Assembly (NCBI GenBank): GCA_000091205.1
Contig: AP006484.2
DNA: 64,000 nucleotides
Source of the DNA: Cyanidioschyzon merolae
Taxonomy: Eukaryota
Direction: 5' to 3' (one strand)
Part shown: in pieces, positions 9,349 through 20,266 of the stretch
Numbering within the stretch: position 1 is the stretch's first letter
Layout of the letters: every line of letters starts with the position of its first letter
Made by a program: the position numbers and the translations under genes
Notes under the pieces: model-generated
The model's input: only the letters and a program-made list of their open reading frames with translations
Databases searched by the model: none
Told to the model about the DNA's origin: nothing

Positions 9349-10140
9349 ATGGGTCTCCTGAGCGTTATTCGCAAGCAGAAACGCCGTGATCGAGAAGTCC
9401 GCGTTCTCGTGCTCGGTCTCGATAACGCTGGTAAGACCACCATAGTGCGAAGGCTGCTTGGAGACGACGAAGCTGCCGTGAGACGAACAGCGCCCACTGA
9501 AGGTTTTTGTATTCGAACACTCGTACTGAAAGGCGGGTATCGTTTCCACTTTTGGGATATCGGTGGTCACCGGGCGCTCCGATCCTACTGGCGAAACTAT
9601 TTTGAGCGGACGGATGCGATTATCTGGGTAGTCGACGCAACGACGCCGCATCGAATTAAGGGAGAAGCTGCTCAGGAGCTAGCCGCCCTGCTGTCGGAGC
9701 CGAGTCTGTACCAGGTGCCTCTCTTAATCATCGCAAATAAGATGGACTTGCTAGCCGCGGAACCTGTCTCATCGGTGCGCAAAGCGCTTGGCATCGATGC
9801 CTTCTGCGTTGCAGGAGCAGCAGCAACAATAGCAACAGCAACAATAGCAACTCCGACGAGCCGAAGAACCCCGTTAGAGGCGAATCAGCAGACCGCCTCT
9901 GACACGATGGCTTCGACATGGGCACAGGCTTGGCCTGCTGATGAACTCAGTCAACTGGATGGACGACGACCCATCCATGTCATGCCATGTAGTGCCTACA
10001 CTGGCGAGGGACTGTCGAATGCCCTGGATTGGCTTGCTCAGCAGGCTATCCAGCGCCTGTATCGTTTCGATACCAGAGGCGATTTACGATCATCACCGTC
10101 ATGTGTTCTTTCCGAGCAGCAGCATTCGGTGGCGCTCTAA
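9349..10140 (+). CDS. ARL2: ADP-ribosylation factor-like GTPase 2 (ARL2) with an in-frame ~50-aa low-complexity insertion
   Basis: [68 protein letters not shown] matches ARL2 [61 protein letters not shown]. The C-terminal [12 protein letters not shown] matches TGENLLPGIDWL. Confidence 0.8.
   Translation: [263 protein letters not shown]
9814..9852 (+). repeat. imperfect (GCA/ACA)n trinucleotide repeat encoding [12 protein letters not shown] inside ARL2
   Basis: ggagcagcagcaacaatagcaacagcaacaatagcaac is read directly. It sits in frame inside the ARL2 ORF. Confidence 0.6.
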
Positions 10141-10929
10141 GAAAGACGCGCATAGCGACAGCGCTGGAATCTGCACGTGCAGATCCTGACGATTACCTCC
10201 GAGGTATGCTGTAGTAGAGTTTGCAGTTGTACTTCGTAATTCGACCCACATTATCCCCAAAGCTCGGAAACTTGCACTGTAGATCGCAAATGCGTTGCAT
10301 GTGAGCGTGAGCAGTAGGATGCAAACCAGAAAGTTTCAGGTGCAACTCGACGGTAACCAGAGGACCTGGTCAGTTGCCTGAATCTACCGTCTCGCAGCAT
10401 GCCTTGTCCAGGGAAGACTAAGTGTTTCGATGGGAGCTGCATCGGAAAGCAACCTTGGCGCCCTTGTTGCGCAGTAAACATGTATCAGAGACTGCTGTCG
10501 AGGGTAGCGCGGAGAGGGCACCCGCTTCGCGTGGCCGTGTCCGAGACCTGCGTTGGTTTAGAATGGATGAATGAACTGCCCGTCCTACTCCTGCCTTTCA
10601 GTTGTGTTTCAAATGTTTTACAGGCTTCCAGAGTCAGTATTCGAGGTGCAGGAATAAAGGCTGAAGGACTCAGATGCAGGTTTGGGACTCTCGAGCGTAG
10701 TTTTGGGGTAGTTCCTTCAACGCTTTCATGCTAGTTTTCGTTACATCTTTGGAATTAAGATAACTCTCGCCGCGCTCGTCCAAGGTCTCGTGGAGTAACC
10801 GGAATCATTACAGAAACGATACGTATAAGCCTCCATTCGTTTCCTTTCCTCACGTTCACCTCGCTCAAACCACGGATTCTTCAGGTTTCCGATGTTTGTT
10901 TTTCAAGGCACCTCCTGGAAGCAGAAATT

Positions 10930-11700
10930 CGCGCCACTAGATTGACCACGGACGAGACTCGACCTCGTACCAAGACGACGTGTTCAAATGCAGATGCCGC
11001 AAGATCACTGAGCCTGTCACGCCGAATACTCTATTCCCTTCGAAAGAGAAATCCCGATTTCTTTTGTGGCCAAGGAAGAAACAGCATTCTACAACGGCAT
11101 GATATCTCTCATGGGGTATGCCCCGAGAGGCTCCCGTCGTTTCTTTTGGCATAGATCGCGGTCGTGGATTCGGAATGGGGTCATCATAAATATCGCGCCC
11201 AATGAAATGTAGGTCATCGCTTGGCAAGCAGAGAACATAGATGCGTGAGGATTCCTCGACTTGTTCTGCAACCTGGATTCGCCTTTCAGTACTCTATTAC
11301 TCATGAACAACATCACGTTCCGCCAGTCCTCCATCAAATGGAAAACCATGCGCTTACCTGTGCAGCAGACGCAGTAGTCAACGACGGGATCATCCAAAAG
11401 AAGCTCGTACTCGTAGAGTGCGTCATCTGATGCGGAAACGGAGCTGTGCATCAAGCGGAGTATTTTGTACCCAACAAGGACATGGACCATGCCATGGAGC
11501 AATCGTTCGAACACCATAGCGCGGTGCTCGGCGGAGTCGGTTTCACAGGCATGCGACAGCCCCTGAACACTGTCGGAGGTCGCCGCTTCGAAAGGTGCAC
11601 CGACGCTGAGTACAAGCAAGAAGATGAACACGGCAAGCGAGGTGTAGATCGCAACTTCCGTTTGTCCCTGAAGTACGTCAACAATATCCAGAAGCGGCCA
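10930..11700 (-). repeat. dispersed ~750-bp repeat family, copy A (reverse orientation relative to copies C/D)
   Basis: Shares ordered motif blocks with copies at 14690-15440, 44070-44830 and 51040-51800. These are tacgtcaacaa (rc of gttgtcgacgcat), ttttgtacccaacaagg (rc-type of cttgacgggtacagaa), ctcgacttgttctgca, and gacgacgtgttcaaatgcagatgccg (rc-type of catgagcttgtgaacaagtc). Nucleotide identity is roughly 70-80%. The track ORFs here (11089..11778 minus, 11446..11781 plus) overlap in all three frames, so the similarity is at nucleotide level and not coding. Confidence 0.5.
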
Positions 11701-12688
11701 CACCGATACATGAAAGCTACCATCAACAAGCTTCGCATGCTCACAACGGAGCAGGAGGTAATGGAGAGACCGGCGCACTGAATACCAGAGATAAACATGA
11801 CATAAAGGAAGCAGCAGCTACAGAGAAAGCCCACAGAGGCTGGTACCGACGATCATCGAAAGCACCCCATTTTTCGAAAATACACTCCAGTTTGTGGCCC
11901 TGTACCATCTCACTCCAGCATGAGCGTTCGACGATGACGCCTACAACACCTGGAATACCCGGATGTGCGGGTATCCTGCCAACCGCAGTCGCGCATGAAA
12001 AACTTGTTCATGGGATAGGGATCTGTGTCTGGTACCAGACTCGACTGAGGCGTGGAGACTCATTTTGATACTTGACGAGTATCGCAAAATGGAATTTGGA
12101 GGCCTTGGTCTCTGAACCGAGCGTACTCGCGTCGACAAAAACCCAAAAGTCTTTTTTTGGAGCGGGAAGGCCGTTTCAACGCAGCACGCTCAACCCGTAC
12201 TGTCTGGCGTCACGTTCGGTCGTGCCAGGCTTCCAGCACGGAACACACAAGCCGCCAAAACTTCTGTTGCGTTCTGTTTTCTGATTATCTGTTCGTGTTT
12301 ATCGCTAGCGGTGCAAGCAGGGTTTTCTCACTGGTTGTGTTTACGTTTTGAGGCTGCTTTTACCTCGCCCTGTACCAAGGAAAGAGTCTTTTCTAGTGGT
12401 GCGGCGCGCTTCCGCCTCACGAGTGCTACGCTGGTCTCGGGGACAACGAAAGCGCAGGCTCCGGTACCTCTGTAAATTGCTCACAAGCCGGTACCGTGCT
12501 CCATCAACGGAGGCTCTAGGCACCGAGTAGTTCCGGGAGTGCCCGAGAAGGCGCCCGGTCTTGCGTGAGCTCTGCTGATCGAAAGGCAACGCTCTCGACT
12601 CCCTTTGGCAGGTTGACAGCGGTATCAAACCAGAGCAATCGGTATTCAGAGGCTCTGTCCAAGTTCTAAGCTTCGCCCTGCAAACAAG

Positions 12689-14017
12689 ATGGCAGAGCGC
12701 AGCGTGCAAGAAGCGCTCGAAGACATCTTCGGTTCCGACGAAGAAAACGAGCAAGTTACCGCACCGTCGGGGACTGTCGATGAGCAGACCACCACCTTGG
12801 ATGTTGCAGCGAGCAGGGGTCTGCATGATCACCTTAGCAAGCAGCCTAGCGATACGCACGAGCCGAGCGTACCCCAGGTTGACGCTTCTGGGGATACTGC
12901 ATCCCGTACCGATGACTTCATCGACGTCTCTGCTGCCGATCCGGAGCTGCTCCGTGAGGACCCCGATGACGTGATTCGAACCGAGGGTGGATGGTCATCC
13001 CGCTCTGCAAGTGAGGACGAGGATCAGTTGAGCGATGAGGGTGCTCGCCATCCATTGACCGCATTCGATCGCACCATGCGGCAGATCCAGTCTCGTAGGC
13101 AAAGAAAGCAAATCACCAACCGGGAAAGTGAAAGGGATGCAGAACGAATCCTGGAAAAGATGCGCTCTGCTTACGATGCGGATCTCATTATGGCGAGGTT
13201 GGGCCGCCCAGCGCTCGCAAAACTTCGCCTTTTGCCGGAAGTGGATACTGAGCTGCGGCGGAAAGAGATCCGAACAACACTCATCCGCCGCGGGCTCTTT
13301 GAGGTGCTTCGACGCTGGTTGGATCCGTTGCCAAACGGGGCGCTACCCTCGATTGACGTCCGCTCAACATTGATGGATATTCTGCTTACGTTTCAGACGA
13401 GAGTGAGCGATTCAGAGGATGAACTCGAGGAAGAAGAGACCGCAACCGAGTTGCAACGCTCTTCGGCACGACGTGCAGGAACCAGAGCGTGGGAGCGCGC
13501 GCTCCTGAACTCCGGCCTTGGGCGTTGTATTCACTACTACAAGCTATATGATCCAGACCCCGCTTGTCAGCTCAAAGCAGAGCGTCTGGTGATGCGCTGG
13601 GCAGCTGCAGTGCTGCACTCCGATACAAACTATCGCAACGCCTTGCATAAGCGTTACGAAATGGTGCCGGCTCGGAGCGGCTCGCAAGCGCAACGTCGAG
13701 AAACACCGAACAGAACCTCTGGTGCAACTGACTTGCCGGCAAAGCACGAAACTGCGAGCAACGCTCCAGGTTTACCGGCCACCGCGACGCCGGATCATTT
13801 CACAAACCCGATGAAGTCAAGCGCACCTGCGGTGTTAGCCGCGGCGCTTCCCGAACGTCCATCAGGCGACTGGAAGCGGATCCCACAGGTTGGAGAGTTA
13901 CCTGCTGTTCCCCGGATGCGCTCCGTTCGAGAGAAACAAATGAGCAAACACTTGAAACGGATTCGCGATACGGTTCAGATGAGCGGATTCGAGCGCGGGG
14001 TCTCGACAACGAGGTAG
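12689..14017 (+). CDS. IWS1: IWS1/Spn1-family transcription elongation factor (442 aa)
   Basis: Acidic N-terminus followed by an IWS1-C/TFIIS-N-like block: LLPEVDTELRRKEIRTTLIRRGLFEVLRRWLDPLPNGALPSIDVRSTLMDILLTF. Single ORF. Confidence 0.7.
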   Translation: MAERSVQEALEDIFGSDEENEQVTAPSGTVDEQTTTLDVAASRGLHDHLSKQPSDTHEPSVPQVDASGDTASRTDDFIDVSAADPELLREDPDDVIRTEGGWSSRSASEDEDQLSDEGARHPLTAFDRTMRQIQSRRQRKQITNRESERDAERILEKMRSAYDADLIMARLGRPALAKLRLLPEVDTELRRKEIRTTLIRRGLFEVLRRWLDPLPNGALPSIDVRSTLMDILLTFQTRVSDSEDELEEEETATELQRSSARRAGTRAWERALLNSGLGRCIHYYKLYDPDPACQLKAERLVMRWAAAVLHSDTNYRNALHKRYEMVPARSGSQAQRRETPNRTSGATDLPAKHETASNAPGLPATATPDHFTNPMKSSAPAVLAAALPERPSGDWKRIPQVGELPAVPRMRSVREKQMSKHLKRIRDTVQMSGFERGVSTTR

Positions 14018-14689
14018 CATTCGGAACACGCTGCTCTAAACGGTCTCTATGTGTTGGCCATCTGCAAGAATGTGCATGAAAGTGCCTCAGTCTCCTGACA
14101 CGCTTCTAGAGATGCCAGGTGAAGGTAGCGCACGCTGTTTCTGTAGGAGAAACGACAAGGCGCTGCATTGCATTCGCTGGACCTCGTGGAATACCTGCAG
14201 CCTGGAAGCCTGGGGCGAGGCTCCCCGAGCATGCGGCTTCGTATGCTGCGGGCAACGTCTCAGAGGACCTGATTCGTTCCTCTATATCAGTTTGAGATGA
14301 AAATGGACCGATGACCTGCTCGCGCTGTCCCGACTATTTGAGTTTTTTCCTGACCTTTTTCTGTAGATGCAGCGTTGGCATTCACAGTGTGGCGATAACG
14401 ATTTATGGATATATAGGCAGGTTTTGGATCCACAGTCTTCATTACCGAGCGGGTTCTTCGACGCCATGCTACTGGAATTCGTCTCTTCATTAAAATCAAG
14501 AATATCCTGCACACCCTCGGATAAGCGTGTCTAAAATAACTGGAACCATCGCTCGGTTCGTACCTATATGTCTTCACGTTTCTTCATTCTTTACCTTACG
14601 CAAGCGCAAAGCAGGTGTTCTTCAACTGTGCTAGCTTTGTATTTCTATGCAACATACGGGTGCAGCAATTCGTTCCGTTGGATTGACGA

Positions 14690-15440
14690 AGAAAAAGGCT
14701 CGAGGCCAACGCTTTCCGACCTGTTCACAAGTTCGTGTCGAAAGCTCTCAGAGGATTTCACGATACGAAGTTATAGATTCCGTTCGAGACAACAATCCCT
14801 CTCTGTTTCCAGTCCTTGACGGATCTGTACTGAACAGCAGCAGCAGCAGCTCCATATCTGACACGCAAAATGCTTCCAGCAGCTGCCGTCCCTTCGGTGT
14901 TCATGAAAAATCGCTGCAGACACTAGTCATTGGCACGATCGTTTCCAGTGGATTGCATGGCAGAGCTTTCTGTAAAGTGGGCGTGGATGGATCGAATTTT
15001 CTCGACTTGCTCTCCATCTTGGGTTTTTTTCGAGAGCCTGTTTCAAGCCGGATCAATACCGCGTTCCATAAACCCTCTATAGAATAGAACAGCATGCGTT
15101 TAGGCGTGCAGCGGATAGCATTCTTGCCGGGATATCGCCCAGGAGATGCCCGTGATCCTACTGGACAAAACCAGACCGGTAAAGGGAAGCTTGCATCGTG
15201 CGAAGCCTTCTGTACCCGTCAAGGGTATGCATCAAGCGATGAGGCAAGCGTTCACTTGCCACAGAGCCGATTGTGGACGTAGACATACGGGAACACCTGA
15301 TCATATTCAAACGCGATCACTGCGACGAGTCCACCGAGGCAGGACACAAAACTGATGAGCATGGGAAACGAAAGGAGAATCGCAACTTTTGCTCGAGCAT
15401 GACCAGCGTGAAAAGCATCCAGAAGCGCAGCAATTGGGAC
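14690..15440 (-). repeat. dispersed ~750-bp repeat family, copy B (same orientation as copy A)
   Basis: ttctgtacccgtcaagggtatgcatcaagcgatgaggcaagcgttcac aligns with the rc of copy C 44250-44300. gacgagtccaccgaggcag..tcgcaactttt aligns with the rc of the copy C start. cgacctgttcacaagttcgtg matches the rc of catgagcttgtgaacaagtc. Track ORFs 15094..15282, 15146..15355 and 15273..15482 are frame-overlapping artefacts of this nucleotide conservation. Confidence 0.5.
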
Positions 15441-15981
15441 TTTAAATTTGCCATCAACATCGTTCTGCTGCTGACAATGTAGCTGGAGTGGCAAAAGAAA
15501 CGGAAGTATTGAAAATTGGAAATGACATAGGAGAAAAGGAAGCTGTCGCGGAAAAACCCCGCAAAGGCTGATTTCGATGACACTCGGAAGACACCACAAT
15601 TTGGGTGCATACGCCCGAGTTGACCTGTAGGACCCGCACCTTTCTCGCGTGGCATGGATGCAACCTGCATCAAAATGAGCAACGTGAAATTCGCCCTCGG
15701 AACGTGGGTGGATGCCCACATGCACCTGTTCCGCGCGCTGTGGAATGCTGGACGAAGGCAGCATCGGCAATGCAGTATCGTTTCGTAGCTGCGCCTCGAA
15801 ACCGTACAATCTATTCCATGGATGCAGAATGCTTTATGTCCGAGTGTTCTGAGAATCAGTTCCAGCGTCGGGGCTCTTCCAACAGATACCATCCCCGCTG
15901 CAGAGCGGCTCCAGCTGCTGTATGGGCGCACGTTGCGGGCTGCAGCCGGCATGTCGCTCTTGAACCCCGTCGCGGATATGC

Positions 15982-18129
15982 TCACTGGGGTACAGACACC
16001 AAGTCGGGCGGTTTGACAGGCAAATCGCCAGCTGCTGGCTCCGATTCGCCCTCCGGACGCCAGTCATGCTTCGTATAGACCTCCTCAAGGAGCGTTCTGC
16101 AGGGAATATTTGCCTGCAGTCGCATACAAGTCAAGAACGCTCCGCTCAAACGACGATGGAGGGAATAGGCCTCACGCGGAGGCGGACACAATCGATGCTG
16201 CAACATAACCTGCCCGAAACGTGCCGCCCGCACTGCAATATTACTAGAGGCAAATTCGTAACTCTTGGCAAAGGCAGCAGAGAAGGGCTCTCCAACCACG
16301 AATGCGGCCTCACAATGGGCGTCCAGCATAAGCCTGGACTCTTCTCCGGTGAGAAATCCAAGCTGCTGAGACCACTCAAGGATGCCGGCGCGGTCACGAT
16401 TCGCACAGGCCATCACGAGGTGCAAGTACGCGTCGACGAACGCTTTCGGATAGGAACGCGCTGCACCAAAGTCCAAAAGGTGAAGCGTATCTGATTCGAT
16501 TTCGTAGAGGAAATTGCTGAAATTGGGATCCGTTTGCATGAATCTTTTCTCAAATAGCTCATGCAAAGTAAGGCGAAGCATGCGCACCGCTAGTTTGTTT
16601 CTCTGTGCCGCAGGCACGCCGAGGCTAACGAGTCGATCAAGCGGCTCGCCGTCTACCCATTCAGTGGTAAGGACGTTCCTTGTCGAGAGCGACGCAAGTA
16701 CTCTCGGTATGTGCACGTGGCCCTGGTCGAATCCCTGAAAGAGCGCAGCAAAGCGTACTTGATTAGCTGCTTCAAGCTCATAGTCGCATTCGCAGAGCAA
16801 CTCCTCACGCGCTACGCGAATAGCCTCGTCGAGGTAGAGACCTCTGGGGATCAAATTCGTGTAAGTAAGAAGACGCTTCAGATTCTTCAGGTCCGACTCT
16901 ATTGAAGCTGCAACTCCGGGGTACTGGACTTTGACGGCAATGGGTCGCTCATGATTCTGCTCTCTAACGGAAGCACGATGTACCTGGCCGATGCTTGCCG
17001 CTGCAACCGGTTCAAAATTGAAGGAGTGAACGCGCTGTTGCCAGTCGGGTCCCCATTCTTGCCGCAAAACTCGCTCCAGCTGACGTCGCGGCATGAAATC
17101 TGCACCCTGACGGGCCCGTTCCAGTGCTTGCAACAGAATTGGAGGCACGGTTCGCTCATCCTGCATGGAGAGCATCTGTCCCAGTTTGAGGGCGGCGCCC
17201 CGCATACGGCAGAGTGTTCGAGCTATGCGGTCGGCATTCTCCGGAGACAGGTATCGCTCCAGTCCAGAGCGTTCTTTGGTAGGAGCTGCACTCAGCAGGG
17301 AGCTCTTGGCTGCGTTCCACACAATGCCGAGCGCTAAGTTTCCGAACCCGAACATCCGTTCCACAGTCGTTGCTGGGACGCGACGCGCTTCTCCAACCGA
17401 GCGTCTCGGGGCCGAATTTCTCACGTCGCGCTCGGTGAATGCATTTGTTGTTTGCTCCTCCTCCTGGCCGACACGATGATGCACAGTCTGTACAGCAGGG
17501 TCTGGTGTGGTATCGTAGGAGCTGCCTCTGCGTGATCGCAGCTCGGGTCCAACATCATTCTCACTTATCGTCGATGCATTTGCTTCTCTCGCCAGTGGTG
17601 GCGGGCGACTGCTATGCTCCAAGTTGGCAGGTGCCGCGTTTTCGTTGCTAGGAGTCACCGCATCCCCTGTGTTGTAAGGTCTCCCAGTGACCAGGGTTCC
17701 TGGCAATGCACTCGATTCTCGTCCCGTTGCTGCCACGTTCGCGTACTGTGCAGGCTGCTGCAAGTTTCGAACGACTTCCGAAGCAGCTGCATCCGCTTCC
17801 CTCGCCGTGACAGCGGCCTCCTGTAGTGTACTTGTGCGCTGCGTTCGTGCTCCAGCAGTTGCAAGCGAACCTTTTGGTTGCTGTATTGCTTGCTTCCCCG
17901 AAACAGCAAGTACGACCTCAGTTGACCAGTCTCTTACTCGGCGAGCGAGCCCATGCTGCATCAGAGCTAAGCTTCCTCCTACAGGTGCTGCATTCGAGAC
18001 AGCAACTCCGACTTGCGGTATGCTTTCCGCTCGGAACGCCAACCAGACCGAGCGCACACCTTGAGCGATTATCGCCCAATCGGCTAAACGAAAAAGCGTG
18101 CTTTGATCCGGAGCCACGGGTACCTTCAT
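15982..18129 (-). CDS. COQ8: ABC1/ADCK atypical kinase, COQ8 (ADCK3/4) orthologue, with ~330-aa low-complexity N-terminal extension
   Basis: ARTLCRMRGAALKLGQMLSMQD, ADFMPRRQLERVL, AAASIGQVH, IAVKVQYPGVAASIESDLKNL, ECDYELEAANQ, FMQTDPNFSNFLY, LLDFGA, HRLCPPPREAYSLHRRLSGAFLTCMRLQANIPCR. These are colinear with the COQ8 motifs LCTVRGAALKVGQMLSIQD ... FMQTDPNWANFLY ... LLDFGA ... [24 protein letters not shown]. Confidence 0.85.
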   Translation of the reverse strand: MKVPVAPDQSTLFRLADWAIIAQGVRSVWLAFRAESIPQVGVAVSNAAPVGGSLALMQHGLARRVRDWSTEVVLAVSGKQAIQQPKGSLATAGARTQRTSTLQEAAVTAREADAAASEVVRNLQQPAQYANVAATGRESSALPGTLVTGRPYNTGDAVTPSNENAAPANLEHSSRPPPLAREANASTISENDVGPELRSRRGSSYDTTPDPAVQTVHHRVGQEEEQTTNAFTERDVRNSAPRRSVGEARRVPATTVERMFGFGNLALGIVWNAAKSSLLSAAPTKERSGLERYLSPENADRIARTLCRMRGAALKLGQMLSMQDERTVPPILLQALERARQGADFMPRRQLERVLRQEWGPDWQQRVHSFNFEPVAAASIGQVHRASVREQNHERPIAVKVQYPGVAASIESDLKNLKRLLTYTNLIPRGLYLDEAIRVAREELLCECDYELEAANQVRFAALFQGFDQGHVHIPRVLASLSTRNVLTTEWVDGEPLDRLVSLGVPAAQRNKLAVRMLRLTLHELFEKRFMQTDPNFSNFLYEIESDTLHLLDFGAARSYPKAFVDAYLHLVMACANRDRAGILEWSQQLGFLTGEESRLMLDAHCEAAFVVGEPFSAAFAKSYEFASSNIAVRAARFGQVMLQHRLCPPPREAYSLHRRLSGAFLTCMRLQANIPCRTLLEEVYTKHDWRPEGESEPAAGDLPVKPPDLVSVPQ

Positions 18130-18544
18130 AAAGCGCTAGCGTCTTCGTCAACGATCCTCATACAGCTGTTGAGATAAGGTGTCTCTGCAGCAACAATCAA
18201 TGAAAACGTGTGTCGTTATACTAAGCGATTCCGTTCACGACCAGGTGAATCGATGAGGCCTAGGGCGGCGTTTCTGCGACACGATCAGAAATCCCGCAAC
18301 AGCAACTGCTAAAGTGCGTTCGTATCGTTCGGGGTACTTTCGTGTAAACGCATCTTTTACACGGAAACGTATCGGGATTTTCGTTCCAAGGTACTAAATG
18401 AATGGTCTACAGCATAGATAAAAACCTAAAAATGGAAAGTCGATCAAGCACCGAAGGAAATCTGCAAGGCGATCGCTCCTAAATGCCTGTACCGGTCTAG
18501 TGGATACACCAGCTGCACCCTTGCAAACATCCCGCAGATGCTCG

Positions 18545-20266
18545 CTAGTCCGTGGGGTTGGCGTCTTCGGTAGCGTCGGCTGCTCCTGTGGCGGTGCCGC
18601 TGCCCTCTCGCTTACGAACAGCGCTCAGAATGTCGTCAATACGCAGAAGCATGCACGCAGACTCCACTGCGGTCTTAAGTGCTTGCGCTTTCACAGCGTA
18701 GGCGTCCACAATACCCGCTTCAATCATGTCGATGAGCTCGCCACTTGTACCGTCTACGCCAATGTTCGAGTGGCCGGCTTCTGCGTGCTCTGCGCGAAGC
18801 CGCGTAAGGAGCCGGACCACAGAGGTGCCGCAGTTCTCGGCAAGCGTTCGAGGGATCACCTCAAGTGCCTCAGCTGCCTGTCGATAAGGCCACTGCGCAG
18901 CGCCTTCGACGAGCGCAGAGCGCTGCAGCAGAGCCCGGCTGAGCGCCATCTCGGTGGCACCACCACCGGCAACGACGCGACGGTCACCATAGAGGCTGCG
19001 TAGGACGCACAGTGCATCGTGCAGGTTGCGCTCGAGCTCATTCAGCGTGTCTTTACTGCCGCCCCGCAGCAGAACGGTGCACGCGCCTGGTGCTGTGCAC
19101 TGCTCAATGAAACTGTAGTACTCCTCGCCGAGGCGTCGAACCTCGAAGAGGCCCGCTCCCGTCCCGATATCCTGTTGGCTGGCCTCCTCGATACGCGACA
19201 CGATACGCGCACCGGTTGCTCGCACGAGCCGCTCGTTGTCGGTCTTTCGCACACGTCTGAGGGCGCTAATGCCCGCCCGCATCAGCAGGTAAGCGGCCAA
19301 GTCGCTGATACCCTTCTCGGTGATAACCAAGTCGGGGCGCAGTGCCGCGATGCGCTCGCACTGCTGGCGTACAACGGCCTCCTCGGACTGCAGGAGCGCC
19401 TCCCAGTCGGCCTCGCGTGTCACCTCAACGGTGAGCTGGGACTCGCCCTTGCGGTACTCCAGCGGGCAGTCCAGGAGAAGCAGGCGCGGATTCTCAATGC
19501 GTCGCCGCATCTGCGGATGCACAATGTCCTTGTTGAGGACGACACCGCGGATGACCGCGGAATCATCGAGGTCGCCACCGGGGATCTTCTCGACTCGGAC
19601 CAGGTTCTTGATATCGAGCGGACGCTGGGTGCCGGCTCCTGCGGTGGTAGCAGGCGCGCTGCTTTCTGCAATGAGCTTCACCGCTGCGAGTGACCAGGCG
19701 GCAACGCGCTCACGGTAGACAGCAGCCACCTTGGTGCCGAGGCAGGCACGCAAGACGCGCTGCAGCTGCACCTCATCGTTCCAGTCCACTGCAATTGCAC
19801 ACCGCTGCTCCAGCTCTGAGAGCGCATCCTGGAGCGCCCGCATGTACGCTCCAACGATGACACTAGGATGGACGCCCGCCTCTAGGCACGGCTCCGCGGC
19901 CTGGAGAAGCGCCCCCGCCAGCACAATGACGCTGGTCGTTCCGTCACCGACTTCCTCGTCCTGAGTGCGCGACAGCTCCAGCATCGCCTTGGCCGCCGGG
20001 TGCCCCACATCGATCTCTCGCAGGATCGCGTTCCCGTCTGAAGTGATGACCACACCTCCGATAGCGTCGAGGATGAGCTTGAGCATCGCTCGCGGCCCCA
20101 GCGTCGTCCGCACCACGTCCGCTACCGCTTTAGCCGCTGCAATGTTCGCAAGCTGGGTGTCGCGACCCCGCTTGTGCTGCGACTTGGTGTTCACAACATA
20201 CACTGGTGTTGCGTTTTTCAGCATGAGAAGTGTCGCAATCCTTGCAGCCTCCGCTTCGAAGGGCAC
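18545..20266 (-). CDS. CCT3: T-complex protein 1 subunit gamma (CCT3 chaperonin subunit); ATG at 20224 is an equally plausible start
   Basis: Colinear match along the full length to CCT gamma: NAILREIDVGHPAAKAMLELSRTQDEEVGDGTTSVIVLAGALL, RVEKIPGG, VVLNKDIVHPQMRRRIENPR, VITEKGISDLAAYLLMRAGISALRRVRKTDNERLVRATGARIVSR, CTVLLRGGSKDTLNELERNLHDA, WPYRQAAEALEVIPRTLAENCG, LLRIDDI. Alignment of TPVYVVNTKSQ with the human RPVLVLSQNTK favours the MLKNA start at 20224. Confidence 0.9.
   Translation of the reverse strand: MPFEAEAARIATLLMLKNATPVYVVNTKSQHKRGRDTQLANIAAAKAVADVVRTTLGPRAMLKLILDAIGGVVITSDGNAILREIDVGHPAAKAMLELSRTQDEEVGDGTTSVIVLAGALLQAAEPCLEAGVHPSVIVGAYMRALQDALSELEQRCAIAVDWNDEVQLQRVLRACLGTKVAAVYRERVAAWSLAAVKLIAESSAPATTAGAGTQRPLDIKNLVRVEKIPGGDLDDSAVIRGVVLNKDIVHPQMRRRIENPRLLLLDCPLEYRKGESQLTVEVTREADWEALLQSEEAVVRQQCERIAALRPDLVITEKGISDLAAYLLMRAGISALRRVRKTDNERLVRATGARIVSRIEEASQQDIGTGAGLFEVRRLGEEYYSFIEQCTAPGACTVLLRGGSKDTLNELERNLHDALCVLRSLYGDRRVVAGGGATEMALSRALLQRSALVEGAAQWPYRQAAEALEVIPRTLAENCGTSVVRLLTRLRAEHAEAGHSNIGVDGTSGELIDMIEAGIVDAYAVKAQALKTAVESACMLLRIDDILSAVRKREGSGTATGAADATEDANPTD

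Noticed and set aside
9004-9651. 215-aa minus-strand ORF overlapping the ARL2 start
   Set aside because: Antisense or overlapping a well-supported gene, with no homology.
9805-9960. Intron in ARL2 explaining the extra segment
   Set aside because: The segment is in frame with no stops. There is no GT..AG boundary pair at the right places. It ends in conserved coding sequence. An in-frame insertion is simpler.
11089-11778. ORFs 11089..11778 (minus), 11446..11781 (plus), 15252..15809 (minus), 15273..15482 (plus), 44195..44524 (minus) and 51074..51406 (minus) with apparently conserved peptides (DEHGKR, AFCTRQG, PVKGxHxA)
   Set aside because: The conservation is at nucleotide level and shows up in all three frames. 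Frames carry stops in some copies. These are artefacts of the dispersed repeat family and not a protein gene family.
12341-12859. 172-aa minus ORF overlapping the IWS1 start; 22005..22565 minus ORF overlapping the JmjC start; 19019..19693 and 19320..19718 plus ORFs inside CCT3; 16066..16494 and 16951..17337 plus ORFs inside COQ8; 43288..43830 plus ORF inside the membrane-protein gene
   Set aside because: All are antisense shadows of homology-supported genes, typical of GC-rich coding DNA.
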